DNA of 32,000 nt from Opitutales bacterium (GTDB lineage: Bacteria; Verrucomicrobiota; Verrucomicrobiia; Opitutales; Intestinicryptomonadaceae): contig JAVBLZ010000020.1 of NCBI GenBank assembly GCA_031553045.1, positions 17,473-49,472 on the forward strand. The letters are read 5' to 3'. The translations under genes and the position numbers were made by a program. Shown here in pieces: positions 1-8,334 of this stretch. Numbering within the stretch: the first letter of the stretch is position 1; each line of letters opens with the position of its first letter. The notes beneath the pieces were generated by a model. The model had not been told where the DNA came from. It saw only the letters and a program-made list of their open reading frames with translations, and searched no databases.

Positions 1-1
1 T

Positions 2-238
2 GGTGTTGAAAATATAGACGGCAAGATAGTCCTAACCGATAATTGCCACGTTACGGGTTACGGCACAAAAATCACCCACCCCGGCGCAAATGAAATTCCG
101 GCAAATCAAATGGGTGCATTAAAAAGCACATTTTATTTAGTGCCAGCTTCAATAACATCTTCCATATTCGGCAAAGTCTTTGACTCAAGTAAAACCATAG
201 TACCTGAAATCCCATTTGCCAAAAGCTACGGATATTGA
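2..238 (+). CDS. C-terminal fragment of an unidentified protein (5' end lies outside the window)
   Basis: Frame +2 is open from the window edge to TGA at 236-238 (GVENIDGKIVLTDNCHVTGYG...PFAKSYGY*). It is absent from the ORF track only because it has no long in-window Met-initiated ORF. A strong hairpin follows at 249-286. No family recognised. Confidence 0.4.
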   Translation, partial: GVENIDGKIVLTDNCHVTGYGTKITHPGANEIPANQMGALKSTFYLVPASITSSIFGKVFDSSKTIVPEIPFAKSYGY

Positions 239-248
239 TAAAAAATAA

Positions 249-286
249 GCGGGATATTTTGGCGTAAATAAAGCAAAATATCCCGC
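249..286. terminator. Hairpin terminator between convergent genes; serves glnN best
   Basis: Perfect 12-bp inverted repeat GCGGGATATTTT (249-260) / AAAATATCCCGC (275-286) with a 14-nt loop. Read on the minus strand, the stem is followed by TTATTTTTTA. The tail on the plus strand is weaker. Confidence 0.6.
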
Positions 287-322
287 ATTATCAGGTAAGG
301 TTTTTGAAGTTTATCAAAACTT

Positions 323-2458
323 CTAGTAGAAAAACAGAAGCTCGGAATATTTGGGTAAGGGCCAGAGGAAGTCGTCAACTTCCATCTCAAGCAAGTCCAC
401 ATATTTTCTGACTTCATTCATGGCGGGGATTGTTTCAAGAGGATCTTTGTCCGCTTCTATGGCGGCTTCAAGTTCCGCACACGCTTTGTTTAAACTTGCG
501 TTTAACGCCGCAACTTTTTTGGCGTTTGCAACAGAACAAGAATCGTCAACGCCTGCCGTCTTGAGAGAATTTGCCGCAGTAGAAAGCATATTCAAATGTT
601 TGTAAACGGCTGGCATAATAACCGTCTTTGCAATATCTAGCGCAAGAGAAACTTCTATATGAACCTTCTTGTGGTATTCCTCCATAAAAACACCGTAGCG
701 AGACTTCATCTCATCGGGGGTGAATACGGAATATTTGCTGAAAAGCGCAAGATTATCCGGCGTGAGCAGAGGCGCAAGCGCCTCGGGCGTTGTGCGCAGG
801 TTTGGCAAACCTCTTTTCTTCGCCTCTTGACGCCAAGCCTCCGTATAATTGTCGCCGTTGAAAATTATGCGCTTATGCTTGCGTGCTATGTCTTGCAAAA
901 TTGCCTGCAAAGTTTCGTTAAATTTTTCCTTCGGGGTAACTTCTAGAATTGAAGCAATTTCATCAAAGGCTTCTGCAACAATAGTGTTCAAAACTATGTT
1001 GCAGTTTGAACACGATTGTGAAGAACCCACCGCTCTAAATTCAAACTTGTTGCCCGTAAATGCAAATGGGCTTGTGCGGTTTCTATCCGTAACATCCCTT
1101 GGCAGAGTGGGCAGGGCGTCTATGCCTATTTTTAAGTTTGCGCTTTTCTTGGAAGACTTGGGCTGGCCTTTTTCCAACTGCTCTATGATGTCGGTAAGTT
1201 GTTCGCCCAAGAATATTGAAATTATTGAAGGCGGCGCTTCATTTGCGCCAAGACGCAAGTCATTGCCAAGCGTTGCCGCCGTGCTGCGCAGCAAATCGCT
1301 GTGAGAATCTACCGCTTTTATAACGGCGCAAAGGGTGGTCAAGAAAATGGCGTTTTCATGCGGGTTTGTGCCTGGATTCAGCAGGTTACGCTCTCCCATG
1401 GAAATTGACCAGTTGTTGTGCTTGCCTGAACCGCTTAAACCCGCAAAAGGCTTCTCATGCAAAAGACAAATCAACCCGTGCTTGTTTGCAATGAGTGTGA
1501 GCGTTTCCATGATGAGCATGTTGTGGTCTATCGCCAAGTTGAGCTCCTCAAAAACGGGCGCAATTTCAAACTGTGCGGGGGCAACTTCATTGTGCCTTGT
1601 TTTTGCGGGGATGCCCATGCGCCAAAGCTCGCTGTCAACGTCGGACATAAAGGCAAGTATCCTGGGCTTGATTGACGCAAAGTAGTGGTCGTCAAGCTGC
1701 TGATGCTTGTGCGGCAATGTTCCAAAGAGCGTACGCCCCGTTTGAATCAAGTCTGGACGCAGAAGATAGAGATTTTTGTCTATCAAAAAATATTCTTGCT
1801 CCGCCCCAAGGGTTACGGAAATTTTGTCGTCGGAAACTTCGCCGAAACATTTGAGCAGCCTTTTTGCCTGCACGTTTATCACCTGCAAAGAACGCAGGAT
1901 TGGCGTTTTTTTGTCGAGCATTGCGCCCGTGTAAGAATAAAATACTGTGGGTATGCAAAGCGTTGTTACGCCGCCTTGGCGCTTGAGAAATGCTGGGCTT
2001 GTAGGGTCCCACGCAGTATAGCCTCTGGCTTCAAATGTAGAGCGCAAACCGCCGGAGGGAAAGCTTGAAGCGTCGGGCTCACCCATAATTAAATTTTTGC
2101 CTGAAAAGCGCATTATCGCCGTACCGACACCCGTGGGGTCTATGAAGGAATCATGCTTCTCCGCACTATTGCTGGTAAGCGGTAAAAACCAATGGGTGTA
2201 ATGGGTTGCGCCTTTTGCTATTGCCCAAGTTTTCATGGCGTATGCGATGTCGTCCGCCATTGCCTGATCTAGAGGGCTGCCGGTACGTATGGTTTGTAAA
2301 AGCTTTTTATATACCGGTCTTGCCAAATGTTTTTCCATTGCCTTTAGCGCAAAAACATCGGAGCCGTATTGGGTTTCCACGTCGTAAGGCTTGGTATTGT
2401 CAGCGTAATTTTGAGTGGCGGAGGCTATCCTTGTGAGGGCGGATTTTCTAGCGTTCAT
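323..2458 (-). CDS. glnN: Glutamine synthetase, type III (GSIII)
   Basis: A length of about 711 aa and the N-terminal region (YGSDVFALKAMEKHLARPVYKKLLQTIRTGSPLDQAMADDIAYAMKTWAIAKGATHYTHWFLPLT) are typical of GSIII, as are EVAPAQFEIAP and NNWS. I place the start at the ATG at 2458 (MNARKS...) rather than at the ORF-track upstream extension to 2557, which would overlap recO. Confidence 0.9.
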   Translation of the reverse strand: MNARKSALTRIASATQNYADNTKPYDVETQYGSDVFALKAMEKHLARPVYKKLLQTIRTGSPLDQAMADDIAYAMKTWAIAKGATHYTHWFLPLTSNSAEKHDSFIDPTGVGTAIMRFSGKNLIMGEPDASSFPSGGLRSTFEARGYTAWDPTSPAFLKRQGGVTTLCIPTVFYSYTGAMLDKKTPILRSLQVINVQAKRLLKCFGEVSDDKISVTLGAEQEYFLIDKNLYLLRPDLIQTGRTLFGTLPHKHQQLDDHYFASIKPRILAFMSDVDSELWRMGIPAKTRHNEVAPAQFEIAPVFEELNLAIDHNMLIMETLTLIANKHGLICLLHEKPFAGLSGSGKHNNWSISMGERNLLNPGTNPHENAIFLTTLCAVIKAVDSHSDLLRSTAATLGNDLRLGANEAPPSIISIFLGEQLTDIIEQLEKGQPKSSKKSANLKIGIDALPTLPRDVTDRNRTSPFAFTGNKFEFRAVGSSQSCSNCNIVLNTIVAEAFDEIASILEVTPKEKFNETLQAILQDIARKHKRIIFNGDNYTEAWRQEAKKRGLPNLRTTPEALAPLLTPDNLALFSKYSVFTPDEMKSRYGVFMEEYHKKVHIEVSLALDIAKTVIMPAVYKHLNMLSTAANSLKTAGVDDSCSVANAKKVAALNASLNKACAELEAAIEADKDPLETIPAMNEVRKYVDLLEMEVDDFLWPLPKYSELLFFY

Positions 2459-2523
2459 TTGATGAAATCTTTCTAAATATTTAGGCAGAATTGCATAACT
2501 TTTAATCTCTTGCAAGGTGATTT

Positions 2524-3129
2524 TTAAAAGACTATATCGGTATTTGCACTCAACCAAGCTATGAATTTAGCCAGCAATCTTTGTGCCTCTTGAGAGCACA
2601 CTTGACAATTTAAGCTCGGCTTGGAAAGCATTTCCTGAAGCAAAGATTTTTCTTGAAGGTTTAAGTTTGACGCAAAGCCTTGTTTTACGGCGTAGCCCTC
2701 CTGCTTTGAGAATATGTACACGAATTTTGTGCGCACCACGATGGGATTTGCGCCTGCATCCAACGCCGAAAGAGCGTGTGTTAGGGTGTCGTAAAGAAGC
2801 CCCACGTCTTCTATGAGTTTGCCATTTTTTAAAATTGTGCGGCAAATTTCAGAAGCTTGCATGAAGGCGTCATAATTTTTTGCAATGCTTGCGTTGCTCT
2901 TTAAGAGCTCAAAATCTCTTAAAATACGCAGGTCTGATGCGCCTATCTTTTCAAAATTGCCCGTTATCAGATTGAAAAAATCGGGCTGTTGAGAGGTCTT
3001 TTTTTTACTGATTTTTTTTATGCAGTTAAAAAAGCCAAGCTCTGCCGAAAATAAACTCAAAAGCAAATCGCCCTCGCCCCGCAGGGATTTGTCTATTACA
3101 ATAGCGGTGGATTCTATGCTTTTGGGCAT
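2524..3129 (-). CDS. recO: DNA repair/recombination protein RecO (divergent)
   Basis: A 201-aa protein. The N-terminal OB-fold-like start (TAIVIDKSLRGEGDLLLSLFSAELG) and the helical C-terminal half resemble RecO, and the genomic context near ybeY is common for recO. The sequence is divergent, so this is a moderate call. Confidence 0.5.
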   Translation of the reverse strand: MPKSIESTAIVIDKSLRGEGDLLLSLFSAELGFFNCIKKISKKKTSQQPDFFNLITGNFEKIGASDLRILRDFELLKSNASIAKNYDAFMQASEICRTILKNGKLIEDVGLLYDTLTHALSALDAGANPIVVRTKFVYIFSKQEGYAVKQGFASNLNLQEKSLLQEMLSKPSLNCQVCSQEAQRLLAKFIAWLSANTDIVF

Positions 3130-3134
3130 TTGAT

Positions 3135-3797
3135 TTACTGGCTTTCTTCCTGAATACCTTTAAAGTCTTTCCAGTCCGGCACAACAGCCCCGCCGGAGAT
3201 AATAAATTTCATGGCATCCGCCACCGACATATCCATGCAAACCACATCTTTTTCTGGCACCAAAACCAAATATCCGCCCGTTGGATTGGGAGTTGTTGGC
3301 ACAAATACCGTGATGTATTCTTCGTTGGTTTTTGCAAGAATTTCACCTTTAACATTGCCTGTGGTAAATGCTATTGTGAACATGTCTTTGCGTGGAAACT
3401 CCACCATCACCACAGATTGAAAGACGGTCTTTTTTTGTTTTGAAAAGGTTTCAACAATTTGTTTAACAGTCTTATAAATAGAGCGTGCCAAGGGTATTTT
3501 TGCAATCAGGCGTTCAGACAAGGAAATTATTATCCTGCCAAAAAAGAACCTAGAGAAAAACCCTATGAGCACTATCAGCAATACCACTATGAATGTGGAA
3601 CAGATGTCCAGCAAAGACAGCATGAATACCGTGCTTGGCATAGACTTGCCAAAAGATTCAAAAATAGGTTGGAAAATCAGCGTTGTTACCGGAGTGCCAA
3701 TTTTGCTCACTAAAAATGACAACACGTAAAGCGTGATTGTAAGGGGCAAGACGATTATCAAGCCCGCAATAAATGAATTTCTGAGTATCTTAAACAT
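3135..3797 (-). CDS. DUF502-family membrane protein
   Basis: Two N-terminal TM helices (AGLIIVLPLTITLYVLSFLV; LLIVLIGFF), then IPLARSIYKTVKQI and VFVPTTPNPTGGYLVLVPEKDV, the hallmark DUF502 motifs. The start is set at ATG 3797 (MFKILRNS). The longer ORF-track version to 3932 overlaps ybeY. Confidence 0.75.
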   Translation of the reverse strand: MFKILRNSFIAGLIIVLPLTITLYVLSFLVSKIGTPVTTLIFQPIFESFGKSMPSTVFMLSLLDICSTFIVVLLIVLIGFFSRFFFGRIIISLSERLIAKIPLARSIYKTVKQIVETFSKQKKTVFQSVVMVEFPRKDMFTIAFTTGNVKGEILAKTNEEYITVFVPTTPNPTGGYLVLVPEKDVVCMDMSVADAMKFIISGGAVVPDWKDFKGIQEESQ

Positions 3798-3798
3798 A

Positions 3799-4269
3799 TT
3801 ATAATTTGAATTTGAAAATTGGTTTAGGAAAATTTTTTTCAATAATTTGCATTGCGAGTTTTTCCGCCGAGCGCATTTTTTTTGCGTCTTTTGGCGACAC
3901 ATCGTCAACGCCCGCCAAATGCAAATATCCATGCGCTATGTAGAGGGAAAGCTCCAAACTTGGCGTGGTCGAAAACTCTTTAGCTCTGCAAAAAGCCGTT
4001 TGTGCGCTAATGCAAATTTCGCCAGCGTCCATAAATTCGGGTTCTCCGTCAAAAGTGATTACGTCGGTAGGGCTTGGGTCGTCAAGAAAATCGGCGTGTA
4101 TTTGTTTGATTGCGTCGTCGTCAAAAAATGCGATGGAAAGTTCACCCTGTGGCGCACGCAAATTTTCAGGCAAAAATTCGTCTAAAAATTTTATCAACTT
4201 TTTGATATCGGCAGTTAAAAAGCTTACGATGTTTTTTGCGTTGTTGCTCACTAAAACAGAGCGCTTCAT
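3799..4269 (-). CDS. ybeY: Endoribonuclease YbeY (rRNA maturation factor)
   Basis: A 156-aa protein carrying the zinc-binding signature HGYLHLAGVDD (H-G-x-L-H-L-x-G-x-D). Confidence 0.9.
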   Translation of the reverse strand: MKRSVLVSNNAKNIVSFLTADIKKLIKFLDEFLPENLRAPQGELSIAFFDDDAIKQIHADFLDDPSPTDVITFDGEPEFMDAGEICISAQTAFCRAKEFSTTPSLELSLYIAHGYLHLAGVDDVSPKDAKKMRSAEKLAMQIIEKNFPKPIFKFKL

Positions 4270-5213
4270 GACAAGATATCCTCCACAAATTTGCGGGAAT
4301 AAATTACGTCCTCAACGTCAACCATGGCGTTTAATTCAAGCACGAAGATATGTTTTTTTGCGTCAAAATATTTTTTCAAAGCCTGAAAATCTATATCGCC
4401 CTTGCCTATGCCGATATGGTCTTTGCCGCTTGAATTACAGTCGTGCAAGTGCCAGCCGCAGATATTTTCAGAAGTTTTTTCAAGCAAATCAAGTTGCGTA
4501 GTAAGCCCCAATATTTCTTTGATTTTTGAGTGCCCAACGTCATGCCAAACTTTTGCGTAAGAATAATCTTTGCATGCTTCAATCAGGGCTTCAAAATTCC
4601 AGTCTAATGGCAGTTCGGCAATACCTTCTCTATTTTCCATGCCTATCAATATGCCTGAATCTTCCAAATCTTTGGCGAGTTCTGAAATATTTTTGACTAT
4701 GTTAAGATAGTTCTTTTTAGACTTGTTTTTAGATGACTTCAAAAACCTCTCTTTTGCTTTTTGATAGGCATTGTTTTGGGCGAGCGTTTCTGGCTTGCAT
4801 GAATTAATTATGCCCTTCAACCTGTTTGCGGGGTTGATGAAAAAATACAAGATTGCGCCCAGATGGCAGACTATCGCTTTTGCCTTGCATTGTTTTGCAA
4901 AGGCTATGGTATTGCGGGTGTGCCGCAACCACTGAGAACTTTCAATTTCAGAGCCTGTTGCGGGCGAAAATAAATTGGGCGCCGCCCCCTTTGCAAAATT
5001 AGGCAGTGGGCAAAAATTGTGCAGGGAAGACACTTTGACTATATTTTCATTCAGCGCCTTAGTTATGCCATTTATGGAAGTAAGGGGTGTTGAATGTCCC
5101 AATTCTACATATTCAAAACCCAGCTCCGCAGCACGGCAGAGCATCTCATAACCGTCGGGATATTTGCTTTGAAGATAACTTGTGGATAGGGATATTATAG
5201 CAGAAGTGCCCAT
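4266..5213 (-). CDS. Sugar phosphate isomerase/epimerase, xylose-isomerase-like TIM barrel (AP_endonuc_2 family)
   Basis: The spacing of metal-ligand-type motifs is typical of the family: FEYVELGH, VCHLG, IGMENREG, VWHDVGH, GWHLHD, VLELN. The stop overlaps the ybeY start (ATGA at 4266-4269). The ORF-track start at 5222 is a TTG, so I prefer the ATG at 5213 (MGTSAII). Confidence 0.65.
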   Translation of the reverse strand: MGTSAIISLSTSYLQSKYPDGYEMLCRAAELGFEYVELGHSTPLTSINGITKALNENIVKVSSLHNFCPLPNFAKGAAPNLFSPATGSEIESSQWLRHTRNTIAFAKQCKAKAIVCHLGAILYFFINPANRLKGIINSCKPETLAQNNAYQKAKERFLKSSKNKSKKNYLNIVKNISELAKDLEDSGILIGMENREGIAELPLDWNFEALIEACKDYSYAKVWHDVGHSKIKEILGLTTQLDLLEKTSENICGWHLHDCNSSGKDHIGIGKGDIDFQALKKYFDAKKHIFVLELNAMVDVEDVIYSRKFVEDILS

Positions 5214-5339
5214 TTTTACCAAGCTACACGAACGCTCTAAAATTTCAAGCGCAATACTCGCAAATGCTTAAAATGCTCTTGACGATTTTTGAGCGTTTGT
5301 TAGCTTTACTAGATTATATTAAAAAAGGAAATATATTTT

Positions 5340-6809
5340 ATGTCTAACGAAAACGCAGGTTCACATTTCGTAAAATTTGACAGTGGAGAAAATCTTCCAC
5401 TTGAAATGCACAAAGTTAGGGTTGTGCAAAAGTTGAATCTCCAGCCCATAGAGCGCCGCTTGAAGGCAATCCGTGAAGCGGGTTTCAATACTTTCTTGCT
5501 GAGCACAAATGACGTATTTTTGGATATGCTTACAGACTCCGGCACAAACGCCATGAGCGATATTCAAACTTCGGCGATGCTGCGTGCGGATGACGCTTAT
5601 GCCGGTTCGCAGAGTTTTGTCCGCTATCAAGAAGCGGTGGAAGAAGTATTCGGCAAGAAGTATCTTTTGCCTGTGCATCAGGGCAGGGCTGCTGAAAACA
5701 TCATCTCTCGTACGTTCGTGCGTGAGGGCAGTATTGTGCCGATGAATTATCACTTCACCACAACTTTGGCGCACATACAAATCAACGGCGGCAAAATTTG
5801 TGAACTTCTTTGCGACGGCGCGCTTGACATTAAAAGCGACAATCCTTTCAAAGGCAATATGGACATTGCCAAATTGCGTGATGTTATTGTAAAGCACGGC
5901 AAAGAAAATATTGCTTATATCCGCATGGAGGCTTCTACAAACCTCATAGGCGGCCAGCCTTTCTCCATCGCAAATCTGCGTGATGTCCGCAAAGTCGCCG
6001 ACGAAAACGGTCTCATGTTGGTCTTAGACGCAAGCTTGATTGGCGAAAACGCATACTTCGTGAAAAAGCGTGAAGCTGAATTTAAAAACGCATCTATCGC
6101 AAAAATTTTGCGTTCATTTACTGATTTGGCAGACATCGTTTATTTCTCTGCACGTAAAGTCAGTTCTTCAAGGGGTGGCGGTATATGCTCAAACAACCAG
6201 ACTTTGATAAAAAAGATGGAAGACTTGGTGCCTCTTTTTGAAGGCTTCTTTACTTATGGCGGCATATCTGTGCGTGAGATTGAGGCTATCGCCGTTGGTC
6301 TGCGTGAGACGCTTGATGAATCTGTTATTTCTCAGAGCCCGTCATTTATAGAATATTTGGTCTTGCAACTTTCAAAGAGGGGTATTCCTGTTGTTACGCC
6401 TGCGGGCGGCTTGGGCTGCCATGTTGATGCAACAGGTTTCTTAGACCATATTCCGCAGAAAGATTATCCTGCCGGCTCACTTGCCGCAGCATTTTATCTG
6501 ATAAGCGGCGCCCGTGGTATGGAGCGTGGCACTATATCCAGCATACGTGATGAACAGGGTAATGACATTCTTTCAGACGTTGAGCTTTTGCGTTTGGCAA
6601 TGCCTCGTAGGGTTTTCACACTCTCTCAGGTTAAGTATGTTGAAGACCGCTTAAACTGGCTCTACAAAAACAGAAGGCTTGTTGGCGGCTTAAAGTTTGT
6701 TGAAGAACCCCCAATCTTGCGCTTCTTTAACGGCAAGTTGGACGCTCTTACAGATTGGCCTGAAAAGCTCGTGGCAAAATTCCGTCAAGATTTTGGAGAC
6801 TCTCTCTAA
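5340..6809 (+). CDS. Beta-eliminating lyase, tyrosine phenol-lyase-like (TPL/tryptophanase family, PLP-dependent)
   Basis: Collinear with Citrobacter TPL and E. coli TnaA as I recall them: LTDSGTNAMSD, AYAGS (Tyr71), HQGRAAEN (Arg100), HFTTT (Phe123/Thr124), FKGNMDI, GGQP, ENAYF, SARK (PLP Lys257 position), MERG (Arg381), MPRRV (Arg404), LRFF (Phe448/449). The Thr124, Arg381 and Phe448 signatures point to TPL rather than tryptophanase. An AAGGAA Shine-Dalgarno-like element lies about 10 nt upstream of the ATG. Confidence 0.8.
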   Translation: MSNENAGSHFVKFDSGENLPLEMHKVRVVQKLNLQPIERRLKAIREAGFNTFLLSTNDVFLDMLTDSGTNAMSDIQTSAMLRADDAYAGSQSFVRYQEAVEEVFGKKYLLPVHQGRAAENIISRTFVREGSIVPMNYHFTTTLAHIQINGGKICELLCDGALDIKSDNPFKGNMDIAKLRDVIVKHGKENIAYIRMEASTNLIGGQPFSIANLRDVRKVADENGLMLVLDASLIGENAYFVKKREAEFKNASIAKILRSFTDLADIVYFSARKVSSSRGGGICSNNQTLIKKMEDLVPLFEGFFTYGGISVREIEAIAVGLRETLDESVISQSPSFIEYLVLQLSKRGIPVVTPAGGLGCHVDATGFLDHIPQKDYPAGSLAAAFYLISGARGMERGTISSIRDEQGNDILSDVELLRLAMPRRVFTLSQVKYVEDRLNWLYKNRRLVGGLKFVEEPPILRFFNGKLDALTDWPEKLVAKFRQDFGDSL

Positions 6810-6840
6810 AAAGCGTACTGCTTACAGTTTAAAATATTTT

Positions 6841-6880
6841 GTGGCGCAAAGCATTAAAACTTTTGCGCCACAATTTTTTT
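6841..6880 (+). terminator. Rho-independent terminator of the TPL-like gene
   Basis: Stem GTGGCGCAAA (6841-6850) / TTTGCGCCAC (6862-6871), followed by AATTTTTTT. The T-tract overlaps the stop codon of the convergent EEP gene. Confidence 0.8.
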
Positions 6881-7742
6881 AATCTAGTTCTGCCTCAATG
6901 AGGATTGGCCTGTGGTCTGACGGGGGGATTGCATTGAATGTATCGTCAATACAGATGAATGATTTTACGCTTATATTGGGGCTGACAAAGATGTAGTCTA
7001 TATGTTTATTTTCTGTGATAGAGTAATCTTGTTTTCGCCAGAGCATTTCATGGTTTGGGCCATAATCTTTTTCACGGTAAGAATAGGGCGGCCCTTGGGG
7101 GGGCGTTTTGGAAATCGCTTTGGAATCTGCAAAAATTTTTGAATTTAAAATTTCCGCAATGCAGGGTTCTTTATTTTTTGAATTAAAGTCTCCGACCAAA
7201 AATACCGAGGCATTTTCATCTTGGTTTTTTACCTCTTTAATAATTTTTGAGGAACATTCTTTTTTTAAATCATCGCCATTGACCGGATAATGCGTGTTGA
7301 AAAAGTAAAAATTCTTACCTGTTTTTTTGTCTTTAAATTTTGTCCAGACGCAAAAACGCACATCTTTTTGTATGAAAAAAGTGCCCTCGTCCAAAACCTG
7401 ATATTTTTCTTTCTTGTAGATGATTGCGTTATTAAAACCTCTTTTGCCGTTACCCATATCTTTTGGACGAAGCGGCATATATTGAGAGTAGTCCCAGCCA
7501 GGCAGCTTTCCCATAAGATATTCAAGCTGTTCTTTGCAGAGTTCTTGCGTGCCTATTATATCAATGTCATATTTTTTGATAAGCTCTGCAAGGCTGTCTT
7601 TGCGCGCATTCCAGTAGTTGTCTTCAACCCAGAAGTACATATTGAAAGACGCCGCTTTGATTTGAGTCTTACCCGAAAAATTTTCCCCAGCGCACAACGT
7701 CAAAGAAATAAAAAACGACAATAAAAATAAAATCCTTTTCAT
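6879..7742 (-). CDS. Secreted endonuclease/exonuclease/phosphatase (EEP) family hydrolase
   Basis: N-terminal signal peptide (MKRILFLLSFFISLTLCAG) plus the EEP motifs IIGTQEL, FFNTHY, VGDFNS and the C-terminal PSDHRPI. Confidence 0.8.
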   Translation of the reverse strand: MKRILFLLSFFISLTLCAGENFSGKTQIKAASFNMYFWVEDNYWNARKDSLAELIKKYDIDIIGTQELCKEQLEYLMGKLPGWDYSQYMPLRPKDMGNGKRGFNNAIIYKKEKYQVLDEGTFFIQKDVRFCVWTKFKDKKTGKNFYFFNTHYPVNGDDLKKECSSKIIKEVKNQDENASVFLVGDFNSKNKEPCIAEILNSKIFADSKAISKTPPQGPPYSYREKDYGPNHEMLWRKQDYSITENKHIDYIFVSPNISVKSFICIDDTFNAIPPSDHRPILIEAELD

Positions 7743-7848
7743 GGCTTTATTCTACGTTTTCAAAAAATCGACGCAAGATAAAAACTGTGCAGAGGCTGAA
7801 ACACAGGCTTGCCTCAAGAGTTTGTCTTAAAGACTTATGTAAATTTCC

Positions 7849-8334
7849 CTATTTGCGTTTTTTTTGGCGCAAGATTTTTTTTAGTTTAATACGGTCTTCT
7901 TTTGCGACTATGTAACCCACGCAGTTGGGGCTTCCGCAACGGCATGGGTGGTCCATAAAATGCTCAAGGGCGTAGCCGTAGTTGTACAAAATTTCATCGC
8001 CCGTTTTTATGTTTTGGGTGGCGACAATCCAAATTTCATCATCTATATTTACCGCTTCACAATTTGTATGGCAGGCATGGTTTATGAATTTTGCGTCGTT
8101 ATAATCAAAATTGCCGTCTATATCAAAGTCGTCATTAAGCTCAAAAATATATACTGCGCCTTCGCCCGTTTTTTTTGCATATTCTTCCCTGGCGATACCG
8201 CGCTTATTGGATTCGTCCTTGGTAATTTTTTCGCCAAGGTATTGTAAAATATTTTCACCCGCAACAATGTCTTTAATTGCAAAAACACCTGCGCCGTGAA
8301 TTTTAGATTTACGTACTTCGTGCTTTTTTTCCAT
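7849..8334 (-). CDS. SET-domain protein-lysine methyltransferase with post-SET Cys cluster
   Basis: HGAGVFA (GxG), FINHACHTNCEA (NHxCxPN-like), GDEILYNYG (ELxxxY) and the post-SET CRCGSPNCVGY (CxCx4C). 161 aa with a Lys/Arg-rich tail. Confidence 0.85.
   Translation of the reverse strand: MEKKHEVRKSKIHGAGVFAIKDIVAGENILQYLGEKITKDESNKRGIAREEYAKKTGEGAVYIFELNDDFDIDGNFDYNDAKFINHACHTNCEAVNIDDEIWIVATQNIKTGDEILYNYGYALEHFMDHPCRCGSPNCVGYIVAKEDRIKLKKILRQKKRK

Noticed and set aside
2459-2557. The ORF-track N-terminal extension of glutamine synthetase (MVECKYRYSLL...).
   Set aside because: It overlaps the recO 3' end and adds non-conserved residues. The GSIII homology begins right after the ATG at 2458.
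2999-3019. Two T8 homopolymers 5 nt apart inside recO (encoding KKISKKK), considered as slipped-strand phase-variation tracts.
   Set aside because: Similar A/T runs of 7-8 occur in several other genes in this AT-rich window (for example 7858-7865 and 13083-13090). The tracts encode lysine runs in frame, and the sequence gives no evidence of variation.
7743-7848. A possible terminator or small RNA in the 106-bp spacer between the SET and EEP genes (CTGTG...CACAG followed by TTTTTA on the minus strand; also GAGGC...GCCTC).
   Set aside because: The stems are only 5 bp with loops of 12-14 nt, and the two pairings are mutually exclusive. That is too weak to call.
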